Source: Methanobrevibacter thaueri (GTDB taxonomy: Archaea; Methanobacteriota; Methanobacteria; Methanobacteriales; Methanobacteriaceae). Taken from it: 64,000 nt of DNA. The stretch covers positions 3,668 to 67,667 of the forward strand of contig SUTL01000001.1 of NCBI GenBank assembly GCA_015062925.1, written 5' to 3'. The notes under the pieces were generated by a model. It had not been told where the DNA came from. It searched no databases and was given only the letters and a program-made list of their open reading frames with translations. This document shows positions 36,538-46,116 of the stretch, piece after piece (the stretch's first letter is position 1; each line of letters begins with the position of its first letter). The translations under genes were made by a program, and so were the position numbers.

Positions 36538-37869
36538 TTAATTGAATTTTTTACTTACTTCTTCAACGGCAAGGATTAATGGATCAGTAACCATTGAAAC
36601 AGGTGGTGCATATGCAAATTCCATATTACTTAAATCAAAACAGGTTAAACCTTCAGTGATTGCTAATGTCATTGTATCAATACGTTCAGCTACTCTTTCT
36701 TCTGCTATGATTTGACAACCTATAATAGTTCCATTACCATCACAGATAACTTTAATATCCATTGGTTTTGCATTAGGATAATAACGTGCTCTTGTAAGTG
36801 CTTCAACTTTCTGAACAACTGGTCTGATACGGTTTTGCTGAGCAAAACTAGTAGTGTAACCTACAGCACCAAATTCCAAATTACCTACTTTAGAAACCAT
36901 TGAATTTAAAACTGGGTTGAATTTGGATTTTTTATCACAAATTGTACGTGCTAATGTTTTAGATTGTCTAACTGCAGTTGTACCTAATTGTGAAATAGTA
37001 TTTGAACCTAAAATTAGGTCTTTTGACTCAACACAATCCCCAACAGCATAAACATCCGCAACAGAAGTTTCCATCCTATCATTAACAAGAATAGCCCATC
37101 TTCCAATTTCACAACCAGCCATACGAGCTAAATCCAATTCTGCTCTAACTCCAGTTGCCATGATGACCATATCAGCATCATATAAATCCTCATCACCAAA
37201 ACAGGCTTTTTCAACTTTATTCTCACCTAATAATTTAGTAATAGGTTTTCCTAAAACAACCTGAATACCTTCCTGTTCTAAATAATGAACAAGAATATCA
37301 GACATATCCTTATCAAGTGATCTTGGAACAATCTGAGGCAACATCTCACTTAAAATAACATTTAAACCTTGTTTTTTAAGAGCAAAAGCAATTTCAATTC
37401 CAATTAAACCAGCACCAGTGACAATTGCACTTTTAGCAGTTTTCATTGCTTCCTGAACTTTCTTACCATCATCAATATTACGGATTCTAAACACACCATC
37501 CAAATCCACACCTTGCATAGGAGGGACAAAAGGATTTCCACCAGTTGCAAAAACTAATTTATCATAATCCAAAACAATTTCTTCATTATTCTTCTCATAA
37601 GTAATTGTTTTTTTATCAGAATCCACAGCAGTAACTTCTGCTTCAATAATAACATCAATATTTTTTGCCTTATAATCTTCAGGAGTTCTCATAATAATAT
37701 CATCAAAAGATTCAATTGTACCGGATAATACATAAGGAATAGCACATGGAGAATATGCTACTTTATCATCTCTTGTGATAACTGTAATTTCAATTTCTTC
37801 ATTTAATTTACGTATATTTGAAGCTGTTGATATTCCACCAGCTCCTCCACCTACAATTACAACTTTCAT
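36538..37869 (-). CDS. FAD-dependent NADH oxidase / CoA-disulfide reductase family
   Basis: GGGAGG, YSPCAIPY, ATG, GAGLIGIE, AVGD, YAPP. Confidence 0.9.
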   Translation of the reverse strand: MKVVIVGGGAGGISTASNIRKLNEEIEITVITRDDKVAYSPCAIPYVLSGTIESFDDIIMRTPEDYKAKNIDVIIEAEVTAVDSDKKTITYEKNNEEIVLDYDKLVFATGGNPFVPPMQGVDLDGVFRIRNIDDGKKVQEAMKTAKSAIVTGAGLIGIEIAFALKKQGLNVILSEMLPQIVPRSLDKDMSDILVHYLEQEGIQVVLGKPITKLLGENKVEKACFGDEDLYDADMVIMATGVRAELDLARMAGCEIGRWAILVNDRMETSVADVYAVGDCVESKDLILGSNTISQLGTTAVRQSKTLARTICDKKSKFNPVLNSMVSKVGNLEFGAVGYTTSFAQQNRIRPVVQKVEALTRARYYPNAKPMDIKVICDGNGTIIGCQIIAEERVAERIDTMTLAITEGLTCFDLSNMEFAYAPPVSMVTDPLILAVEEVSKKFN

Positions 37870-37945
37870 TTTTAACCAAAACCATTTATGATTTATACAA
37901 AATTATATTTATTTAAAAAGATATAAAAAGATTAAGGTTTTAAAA

Positions 37946-38569
37946 ATGAGAGAAATAGAATTTAATTTAGATGAAAATCCATTTATTAATTTTAAATCCG
38001 CCAGATATATGATGTCTGCACGGGTAAATGTTGAAAAATTATGGAAATACTGTAAAAAGAATGATAAATCCTTTTTTATATTATCTCTTGGTTGTTTGAT
38101 TAATGCTGTGAATTCAGTTCCAAAATTAAAATATAGAATAATAAATGGAAAAGTAATTGAATATGATTATCTTGAAGGTGTAACACCAATAATGAATGAA
38201 AAAAATGACATTTATAAAGAAATGCGAGTGAAAACACCACAAGAATTTGAAAACATCCATGAATGGCATGATTATGCATTTAATTTATCCAGAGAAATTT
38301 TAAACAATGAAAAAGAAAGCTTTACATTAGAAATGGAAAAAAGAGATTTTACAAACATTGCAAATTTTTCATGTATACCATGGGTTGATTTTGATTCAAT
38401 AACAAACTGTGTTTTAAACAACCACCAAATACAACCATTAATAACCTGGGGAAAGGTAAATAAAAATTATGAAATGAGCATTTCAATAACTGTCAGCCAT
38501 ATTTTTGTTAATGGACAGGATCTTGCTTATTTTTACAAGAATGCAGAAAAAGAATTCAATAAATTTTAA
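37946..38569 (+). CDS. CatA-like O-acetyltransferase
   Basis: NFSCIPWVDF, PLITWGK, SHIFVNG. Confidence 0.82.
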   Translation: MREIEFNLDENPFINFKSARYMMSARVNVEKLWKYCKKNDKSFFILSLGCLINAVNSVPKLKYRIINGKVIEYDYLEGVTPIMNEKNDIYKEMRVKTPQEFENIHEWHDYAFNLSREILNNEKESFTLEMEKRDFTNIANFSCIPWVDFDSITNCVLNNHQIQPLITWGKVNKNYEMSISITVSHIFVNGQDLAYFYKNAEKEFNKF

Positions 38570-38585
38570 AATTTTTCCCTTTTTT

Positions 38586-39062
38586 TCAGTATTGAATTTC
38601 ATCGATTATTTTCTGCAAATATTTCTTTTTTAAGACAAATTCTCTTTTATTGGCCATTCGAGTACTGTTTGGTTGTGGTGTTTTTTCTTTTAATCTTGAA
38701 GCTCCAAGATATTGTGTATCTCCTTCTGTTAATTTATGAGCTTCGCCTTTATCTATCGTTTTTTTAATATATTGATAGTCTTTGAAAAGAGTTTCAATAT
38801 CGTTGATTAAATGGTATATTTCTAAATCTGTGATTATTTGATTTTCATCATACCATATTATGAAAATTGATTGTTTTTCAAACAGTTTTTTGAATGGCAT
38901 TAGGTTAAAATAATCTATGTCGGTTAATTTGAATTTTGATGATGGGTATCTTTTTCCACAATGTTTTGAGTTATATTGTAGTGGTGCAATGAAAAAGGTT
39001 GATGATTCATTTAAGGTAATTTGTGTTATTTTTTTACCAATTAGTGCCTCAAATGAATTCAT
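38586..39062 (-). CDS. MutH/Sau3AI-like domain protein (short)
   Basis: GEAHKLTEGDTQYLGA..QPNS..ANKREFVLK resembles the Sau3AI-family AHE.SEGDT.YLGA..QP.S..AK.RAF.LK segment (recalled, not searched). Confidence 0.65.
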   Translation of the reverse strand: MNSFEALIGKKITQITLNESSTFFIAPLQYNSKHCGKRYPSSKFKLTDIDYFNLMPFKKLFEKQSIFIIWYDENQIITDLEIYHLINDIETLFKDYQYIKKTIDKGEAHKLTEGDTQYLGASRLKEKTPQPNSTRMANKREFVLKKKYLQKIIDEIQY

Positions 39063-39074
39063 TTTAAATCATTT

Positions 39075-39755
39075 TTATTTTAATGCTGGTATTCCAGTGA
39101 TTCTTAAACCGCCATAGTGGGATTTGTATTTTATATTTAATCCTATTAATAGTGGTGTGATTTTTTCTATTATTCTTGATTTTTCTAGTGCTCCGCAGTC
39201 TACGGTTTTGATTCCAGGAATTTTATTTATTAATTCAGCTGCGGTTGCTTTTGCATCGTTATCATCACCTGCTATTAGGCAGTCACAGTCTATTTCTTCT
39301 GGTATGTTTGATAAGTGTGAGTTTGAAATATTGCAGAATGCACATATTACTTTTGCACCGGTTCCTTCTAAAATAGAAGCTGTTCTTTCTGCAGCAGATC
39401 CTTCCATTAGGTCTATGAATCTTGATGGTTTTCCTCCAATTACTGTTTCTAATGGTACTGTTGCATCCATAACTATTTTGTTTGTACAGTATTCTTTTAT
39501 TCCTTCAACAGTTGGTTTTTGAGCTGCTAATGGTACTGTTATGATTATAATATCTCCATTTTTAGCTGCATCTTCATTTGCCATACCTACCATTGACAAA
39601 TCATAATCTGATAATTCTTCTTTAGCTTTACTGACAACATCTAATGCTTTTTCTTCTTTTCTAGATCCAACAATAACATCCACACCTTCAATTGCTAATC
39701 TTTCTGCAATTCCAAGACCTTGTGGACCAGTTCCACCAATTATACTTACTTTCAT
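39075..39755 (-). CDS. npdG: F420H2:NADP+ oxidoreductase
   Basis: GGTGPQGLG, GSR, DATVPL, GSAAE, EKITPLLIGLN. Confidence 0.93.
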   Translation of the reverse strand: MKVSIIGGTGPQGLGIAERLAIEGVDVIVGSRKEEKALDVVSKAKEELSDYDLSMVGMANEDAAKNGDIIIITVPLAAQKPTVEGIKEYCTNKIVMDATVPLETVIGGKPSRFIDLMEGSAAERTASILEGTGAKVICAFCNISNSHLSNIPEEIDCDCLIAGDDNDAKATAAELINKIPGIKTVDCGALEKSRIIEKITPLLIGLNIKYKSHYGGLRITGIPALK

Positions 39756-40319
39756 TCATATCACCTCTGTTTTTTTATCATAAAGTAATCCACCAACAAA
39801 TATTAAATATTCCGGTAGTTTACCATCATGAGCATAAAGTATTTTATAACCAAATATGTCTTCAACTGTTCTGTCAACATCTCCGCCTAATGCTTCAAGA
39901 GAATATCTCATTTTAAAAGGCATTTTACATGGCATGTTAAATTCTCTTGTACATCTCATGCATAAATTACATTTTCCTAAAAATAATCCCTGTGAATTTT
40001 CATCTTCAAGAGCATATATATCATTCATTAATCTGACTTTAAATCTTTCAAATCTTTTTAAAACAAAATCCAAATCTTTATCTGAAAATGTGGTTTCCAG
40101 TTCTTCTTGTGAAAAATCAATTTTAAATGCAATTAATTTGAGTTTATCATATGATTTCCATAATTCATCAACATCAAAATCAAATGGAGGGTAACTCCAG
40201 TTATATCCCAACATTTCCTGTTCTTCTTCACAGAGTTTTGAAGTTTTATTAAAATCCACATATTTTTCATAGTACTCTTCAACATCCACATCAGCAGTGA
40301 GTTTTTTAATCTCTGACAT
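39756..40319 (-). CDS. DUF2284-like metal-binding protein
   Basis: NWSYPP, GKCNLCMRC..PC.MP..RYSLEALG. Confidence 0.78.
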   Translation of the reverse strand: MSEIKKLTADVDVEEYYEKYVDFNKTSKLCEEEQEMLGYNWSYPPFDFDVDELWKSYDKLKLIAFKIDFSQEELETTFSDKDLDFVLKRFERFKVRLMNDIYALEDENSQGLFLGKCNLCMRCTREFNMPCKMPFKMRYSLEALGGDVDRTVEDIFGYKILYAHDGKLPEYLIFVGGLLYDKKTEVI

Positions 40320-40377
40320 ATGTTATAGATATTATTAATTGAATATAATAAAACTTTCTATGTTGAAATTGAAATAT

Positions 40378-41739
40378 TTATCTTACAATATACTGTCCTG
40401 GGTTAATAAAATCATCTAAAAACTCTAAATTAATCTGTGAAAGTTCAATGAATTCAAATGTATTAATAATATTGTTTTTAAGATTTTTACCTACTTTAAT
40501 CAGATTAATATGTTGTAATGTGAAAATATGTGAAATCAAATCACTGGCATTATTGAATTCTCTTTTTTGTGTGTGAACTAAAAAATCATCCTGAACATAA
40601 CAGTTTTCACGACCATATTTTTTAGCAAAATTTTCACAGGCTTTATTAATGAATATTTTAGGCCCTTTATTTACTTTAACATCATTTAATGTTGATGATG
40701 CCATTTCCAGTAGAATCACACAATTATTAACTTCATCACTCCAGTAATCAGCTTTGAAAACATTGAATTCTTCATTATTTAATTTTCTCTCAATTGCCTG
40801 ACAAGTTTTTCTAAGTTGCGGGTGAAGTGTGTCTAAAGGTATATCTGGAATATCAAATCTAACAGCTATAAAATCACTGTTTCTATCTTTAAATTTATTT
40901 AATACATTATCTTTTGTTAAATCCCTTTTTATAGGATAAAAATAATCTTTTTTATTATTTGAAAACAAGTAGTTACGGGCAGATTGTATGAATTCGGCCA
41001 ATTTATCTAATCTTAAAGCGGCTGCTACATTACGATTTTTATCTGTTGGATCAATTACAATTAAGGGGTCTTTGAAATTTTTAGAAGTATTATAATTTTT
41101 TAAATCAATTACATGACCATATTTCCATTTTATTGCTGCTTTTAATGTGTTTTCAAAATTCCCATATTTTATTATTAATAGTTCACATAAATAACCTGCA
41201 AATCCCCCAACTTTAAATTCAGATCCATATGTACCTGTCATTGCCATGAATCGTTTAAGTAATAAAACTTCATCTTCCTGTGAAGCGGTTAAGTTAGCTT
41301 TAACATAACGTGTGTGAAGGATTGTTCTGTCAACTGCTGATTTAAGTTCATCTCCATTATTAATCTCATAACAGGGAACAATATCAACTTCACAACCCTC
41401 AATATCAGTGGTAACATAAGGATGGGATGCAAAATGATGTTGTGGAGTAGTGTTGAATTCATCACAACATTTATGAGCCAATTCCAATCCAGTATCTTTT
41501 AAATACTGAATATCTGTTGTTAATGGGAAAGCTATGAAAATATCAATATCTGATTTTCCTTTAAGAGCAGTGTTTTTTGCAACTGAACCTACAAGTGAAA
41601 CTTTACCTGGAATTTCCAATTCATCACAAGTTTCCTGTAGGAAATCCATTATTTTAGAGGAAACATTATTAATATGTTGTTTTTCATCAACTGTAGGTTT
41701 AATATCTTCTAAAATAATTTGATAATCCATTATAATCAC
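40378..41739 (-). CDS. cca: Archaeal CCA-adding enzyme
   Basis: VGSVAKNT..DIDIF, HPYV, SAVDRT, GGFAGYLCELL, IDPTD..RNVAAA. Confidence 0.95.
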   Translation of the reverse strand: MIIMDYQIILEDIKPTVDEKQHINNVSSKIMDFLQETCDELEIPGKVSLVGSVAKNTALKGKSDIDIFIAFPLTTDIQYLKDTGLELAHKCCDEFNTTPQHHFASHPYVTTDIEGCEVDIVPCYEINNGDELKSAVDRTILHTRYVKANLTASQEDEVLLLKRFMAMTGTYGSEFKVGGFAGYLCELLIIKYGNFENTLKAAIKWKYGHVIDLKNYNTSKNFKDPLIVIDPTDKNRNVAAALRLDKLAEFIQSARNYLFSNNKKDYFYPIKRDLTKDNVLNKFKDRNSDFIAVRFDIPDIPLDTLHPQLRKTCQAIERKLNNEEFNVFKADYWSDEVNNCVILLEMASSTLNDVKVNKGPKIFINKACENFAKKYGRENCYVQDDFLVHTQKREFNNASDLISHIFTLQHINLIKVGKNLKNNIINTFEFIELSQINLEFLDDFINPGQYIVR

Positions 41740-42293
41740 AATTTAAATATTTCAATATCCTCATATATTGGTCCTGCAGGAGTTAATGTGGATTTTTTAA
41801 GTGAAACAGTGTCAACTTGCATAGTTCCTATTTCAATATTCTCAAATTCTTCAATTATATTTTTCACCTGATTTTTATTTTTAGCGGATTTCATACGGCC
41901 TATAGTGAGGTGTGTTGAGAATTTTTTATCCTTATCAAAACCTAATCTGTTAAATTCACTATCCAGTTTATCATGTAGTTGTTTTAAAATAGTGTCATCA
42001 TCAATTCCCACCCATATTACTTTAATATGATTTGTATTTGGGAATGCTCCACAACCGGCGAGTTTAATATTAAATGGTTTGAATTCTTTTAATACATTAC
42101 TTATTGCTTTTTCCAGTAATTTTAAACCATTTGTATCTATGTCACCAAAGAATTTTAAGGTTAAATGTAGGTTTTCTAATTCCACATATTTAATTTTTGT
42201 ATCTATTTTTTTAAATTCTTTGATGAGTTTATATATTTTTGGTTTTAAATCATCGTTTAAATCTATAGCAAGAAATGCTCTTACTTGAGACAT
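41736..42293 (-). CDS. thpR: RNA 2',3'-cyclic phosphodiesterase (2H family)
   Basis: Two HxT motifs (LHLTLKF, THLTIGR); STLTP.GPIY. Confidence 0.92.
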   Translation of the reverse strand: MSQVRAFLAIDLNDDLKPKIYKLIKEFKKIDTKIKYVELENLHLTLKFFGDIDTNGLKLLEKAISNVLKEFKPFNIKLAGCGAFPNTNHIKVIWVGIDDDTILKQLHDKLDSEFNRLGFDKDKKFSTHLTIGRMKSAKNKNQVKNIIEEFENIEIGTMQVDTVSLKKSTLTPAGPIYEDIEIFKL

Positions 42294-42305
42294 TTTATAA
42301 AACCT

Positions 42306-43436
42306 CTATTGTTCTATGATTGTTTCATCAATAGCTATTCCAAAGTGACGGGCACTTGTATCAATGTATACTTTTACTTTATCACCTGGTTTTACATCTG
42401 CTACTGATAATGGATTGTTATTTTCATCTATTATTCTTATTGTTTCTGCATTTTGAAGTAGTGTGCGGATGATTTGTCCTTCATACTCCGCTTCGATTAG
42501 TATTAATGGTCTTCTTTCTATTTTACTTCTTCCAACGTATGCAGTTCTTGTTTCTCCTTTTGTATTTACAATTAATACTTCGTCTCCTGCAACGAGTTCT
42601 GATAGGTATCTTGTTTTATTACCTGGAACCATTACATATGCTTGTACTGGACCTGCGTTTACTCTGAATGGTCTGGATGCTACATATTCACTTTCCAGTG
42701 ATTCTGAGTGAACTAAAAACATTGATTTTGAATATGATCCGATAAGCATTCCTTCTCCCGGACTCATCATGTCGGTTGTATCAACACATACTCTGTCACC
42801 TGATCCTAATGGTTTTACATTGGTGACTTCTGCGATTTTTAATTCATATTTTATTTGAGATGCTTTTATTACTTCTTCAGCGATTTTTTTGGTTTGATTG
42901 AAATCATTTGCTTCGAATAATACTCCGTCGGTTCCATGTTCTAATGTTTCTAGTGCTACTTTAGCTCCGTCCAGGTCTCTTACTGCGGCGATAATTCCAA
43001 CGTCTTCTTTTTGAAGATCTGCAATAATGTTTTCAAGTGGGATTATAGTCCAGTCTGTTCCAACTAGAATTATATAATCTACAATAGGACCTAGTTTAAC
43101 TGCTAGTTGTTCATGTGCTTTGTCGGTGATTATTATATATGCACATACTGTTTTTCCTTCGCTTTTTGCTTTTTTTGCATTTGCAATATCAACTGAATCT
43201 GTGAAATCATCGTTTAAATCTAGAAATCCATCTCCTTCTCCGTTAATTCCAACGAGATATATGTCTGCATCTTCATTGTTGGCTATGATTTTCACATTTC
43301 CTAATTTTTTTATATTTTCCCCGTCATCTAAATCCAGTACATGGTCGATTCCTGATTCGAGTGCTGTGGTTATTAATTCTTTTTTATCTTCCCATAGTTC
43401 ATCGGGTGTTGATATCCAAGCGAATTTGTTTTGCAT
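42306..43436 (-). CDS. 3-dehydroquinate synthase II (archaeal AroB')
   Basis: [42 protein letters not shown]. Confidence 0.95.
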   Translation of the reverse strand: MQNKFAWISTPDELWEDKKELITTALESGIDHVLDLDDGENIKKLGNVKIIANNEDADIYLVGINGEGDGFLDLNDDFTDSVDIANAKKAKSEGKTVCAYIIITDKAHEQLAVKLGPIVDYIILVGTDWTIIPLENIIADLQKEDVGIIAAVRDLDGAKVALETLEHGTDGVLFEANDFNQTKKIAEEVIKASQIKYELKIAEVTNVKPLGSGDRVCVDTTDMMSPGEGMLIGSYSKSMFLVHSESLESEYVASRPFRVNAGPVQAYVMVPGNKTRYLSELVAGDEVLIVNTKGETRTAYVGRSKIERRPLILIEAEYEGQIIRTLLQNAETIRIIDENNNPLSVADVKPGDKVKVYIDTSARHFGIAIDETIIEQ

Positions 43437-43453
43437 TTAATTCACCTTTAGTT

Positions 43454-44245
43454 TTATTTTAAAAATTCCATTGCTTCTTCAACTTCTAATTCATTATGTA
43501 CAACTTCTGATATTGCTCTTGTGATTTTTCCAGGGTTTTTTGCTTGGAAAAGATTACGTCCAAATGCAACACCTGCTCCTCCTACTTCAAGGGAGTCTTT
43601 TACCATGTATAATAGTTCTTCATCAGTGTCTATTTTTGGACCTCCTGCAATTACTACAGGAACTATTGCTCCTTCGACAACTTCTTTAAAACTATCTGGG
43701 TCTCCGGTGTAGTTAGTTTTTACAATATCTACTCCTAATTCAGATCCTACACGTGCTGCGTGTTTTACAAATTCTACGTCGTGTTCGTTTTCTACTTTCT
43801 GACCTCTCGGGTACATCATTGCAAGTAGTGGCATTCCCCAGTAGTCACAGGTTTCTGCGATTTCACCTAATTCTTGTAGCATTTGGCTTTCTGTGTCTGA
43901 TCCTAGGTTTACATGTATGGATACTGCGTCTGCTCCAAGTTGTATTGCTTTTTCCACACTTGTTACTGTTACTTTGTCATTTGGGTCTGGTGCGAGGGAG
44001 GTACTTGCGGATAGGTGTACGATTAAACCTATGTCTTTTCCGTATCCTCTGTGTCCTTGTTTTACAATTCCTTTATGCATTAGTATTGCATCTGCTCCTC
44101 CTTGGGAGATGCTTTCGACTGTTTTATCCATGTCGATGATTCCTGGAATTGGTCCGCTGGATACACCATGGTCCATTGGTGCTATAACTGTTCTTCCTGT
44201 ATTTCTGTTTATGATTCTTTCTAAACGAATCTTTTTACCTATCAT
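43454..44245 (-). CDS. 2-amino-3,7-dideoxy-D-threo-hept-6-ulosonate synthase (AroA')
   Basis: PMDHG, MMYPRG, VKTNYTG, IAGG, GRN (DhnA-type aldolase); adjacent to aroB'. Confidence 0.92.
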   Translation of the reverse strand: MIGKKIRLERIINRNTGRTVIAPMDHGVSSGPIPGIIDMDKTVESISQGGADAILMHKGIVKQGHRGYGKDIGLIVHLSASTSLAPDPNDKVTVTSVEKAIQLGADAVSIHVNLGSDTESQMLQELGEIAETCDYWGMPLLAMMYPRGQKVENEHDVEFVKHAARVGSELGVDIVKTNYTGDPDSFKEVVEGAIVPVVIAGGPKIDTDEELLYMVKDSLEVGGAGVAFGRNLFQAKNPGKITRAISEVVHNELEVEEAMEFLK

Positions 44246-44472
44246 TTTTTAAACCTCATTTTATAATTATATCTATAATATTATTTAATATTAATTGTAC
44301 AAAAATATACAATATATAAGTTCAATTTAAACATTTAATCAAGGATAATATAATAAAATTAAATATTGAATAATTAATATTATGAAAAAATGTTATAAAC
44401 ATTAAAATATTAATCAAAAGCTATATACCATGCAAAAAAAATTTCAGTATGAGAATAAATAATTAATTATGA

Positions 44473-44994
44473 TTATTTTTTTAGTGATGGTGTCCATAAA
44501 TCAAATTCTTTAATTTGTGGTGGGATTCCTGAGTCATGATATGATTCTAAAAATCCCTGGTTTGAAATATGTTCTTTTTCATTATTTTGTGTTGAGTTGA
44601 CAAATTCCAGTATTCCTCTATTTCTTATTATTGTGTGTTTTGGTTTGAATGTTGATGACCAGATATAGAATACTTTAAATACTGTATCTGGATGATATCC
44701 TCCGCCCAGATCAATTGCTAGTATGTCACATTTTTGTGTTAGTTTAAATACTGTTGCTATAACGTTGTGTAGTCGTGCGTCTGCGTTTATGAATTTAACG
44801 TGAGTTAGTTTTTCCATTTCTTTTTGTGCTTCTGGAGAGTTGTCTATTGCTATTATGTTGCAGGTTTTTGGAAGTATTTTTGTTGTGCCTCCGGTATGAC
44901 ATCCCAGTTCTATTATTGTGTCTGTTGGTTTTACAAAATCGGTTATGTCTTTTCGGTAGTTTTTAATATTGTAACTTAATTTAATCATAAACAA
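44473..44994 (-). CDS. Class I SAM-dependent methyltransferase-like protein
   Basis: IELGCHTG, IDLGGG. Confidence 0.75.
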   Translation of the reverse strand: MFMIKLSYNIKNYRKDITDFVKPTDTIIELGCHTGGTTKILPKTCNIIAIDNSPEAQKEMEKLTHVKFINADARLHNVIATVFKLTQKCDILAIDLGGGYHPDTVFKVFYIWSSTFKPKHTIIRNRGILEFVNSTQNNEKEHISNQGFLESYHDSGIPPQIKEFDLWTPSLKK

Positions 44995-45826
44995 TACCTG
45001 TATTATTAAGTTTATCTATATGTAAGTCTTCAATGTCAAGGGTTTTAAATGCATCTTCATTATATGCAAATGCAAATACAGTATTTCCAAGCATGGCCAT
45101 TGAACTACCTAAAATATCAGTTGAAGAATTAAAATAATTAATTAAATTTTCAACTTCATCTGACAGTAATTTTGTCTCATGACAGAATTTATTTGAAAAA
45201 TCCAGAAAATTCCTTAAACTTGATTTTTCTTCAAAAAATTCAAGATATTTTAAACCAACATCACATAGAACCTGTTTGTGATGTGGATTATTAATAATAC
45301 TTGCAGTGTCAAGTTTTGAAAATGTTTTCCATGCAATGTAAACATCATGTTCAAAAGATTTTATCTCACCAATTCCAGGTGCTCCAGGTTGTGTTCTTAA
45401 AACCAGCCCATGACCTGTTTGAGCAATAACATCACCTAAACCTCCACCAAGATTTATTTCTGCCATGTGTGCGATTTGACCACAGGTTTCTTTTGAATAT
45501 CCTAATTTTAAAAATTCATTTATGGCTAAGGTTAAACTGAATGCTGATGCTGCGGATGTGCCGAAACCTGATCCTATTGGTAATTGAATGTCTTGGATTA
45601 TTTTAAAATTATTTTCAACATCCATTATTTTTAAAACTTCATTAATTATTGATGTATCTCCTTTGTTTATTTCTATTTGTTGTTTATTGGATTTGGAGAT
45701 TGTTGTTTTAACTCCTTTTGTAAGTAGGAATCCTGCACCACGTGATCCGTTTTTAAGGGATATGTGATGGTTTTCTATTGTGAAAAATCCTGTGATGTGT
45801 CCCGGTACGAGTACTGTTTTTGACAT
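44981..45826 (-). CDS. Pantoate kinase (GHMP family)
   Basis: VPGHITGFF, PIGSGFGTSAA, GGLGDV, SMAMLGN. Confidence 0.92.
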   Translation of the reverse strand: MSKTVLVPGHITGFFTIENHHISLKNGSRGAGFLLTKGVKTTISKSNKQQIEINKGDTSIINEVLKIMDVENNFKIIQDIQLPIGSGFGTSAASAFSLTLAINEFLKLGYSKETCGQIAHMAEINLGGGLGDVIAQTGHGLVLRTQPGAPGIGEIKSFEHDVYIAWKTFSKLDTASIINNPHHKQVLCDVGLKYLEFFEEKSSLRNFLDFSNKFCHETKLLSDEVENLINYFNSSTDILGSSMAMLGNTVFAFAYNEDAFKTLDIEDLHIDKLNNTGIVYD

Positions 45827-45873
45827 AATGTTTTATATTATGTTTTTTTATATTAATTAATGTTTTTGGATTT

Positions 45874-45996
45874 CTATTTGTTTTTACAGCATCCGAAAAA
45901 GAAGTTTTTAATTTTTTTTGTTTTTGATTTGCTTTGTTTTTCACGTTTTTTGTTGATTTTATGTAGGTTTTCTCTTGCTTGTACCATGTCGTCCAT
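45874..45996 (-). CDS. Unannotated 40-aa basic small protein
   Basis: AGGTGA RBS then ATG; MDDMVQARENLHKINKKREKQSKSKTKKIKNFFFGCCKNK-stop. Confidence 0.55.
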   Translation of the reverse strand: MDDMVQARENLHKINKKREKQSKSKTKKIKNFFFGCCKNK

Positions 45997-46010
45997 ATTA
46001 TCACCTAAAA

Positions 46011-46030
46011 AATTTAGTCATACCTAAATT
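46011..46030. promoter_or_regulatory. Near-perfect palindrome of the TTTAGG-N4-CCTAAA type
   Basis: aatttagtcatacctaaatt, immediately upstream of the small ORF's RBS. Confidence 0.5.
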
Positions 46031-46116
46031 ATAATATGGTAAAAAATACTATATAAACATAACCCCCACAACAAAACTAAAAAAAAGAATAAAAAAAGAA
46101 TAATAAAAACTAAATA

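Noticed and set aside
45753-46004. 83-aa minus-strand ORF from the track
   Set aside because: It overlaps the pantoate kinase start, and its start codon lies inside the RBS of the better-supported 40-aa ORF in another frame
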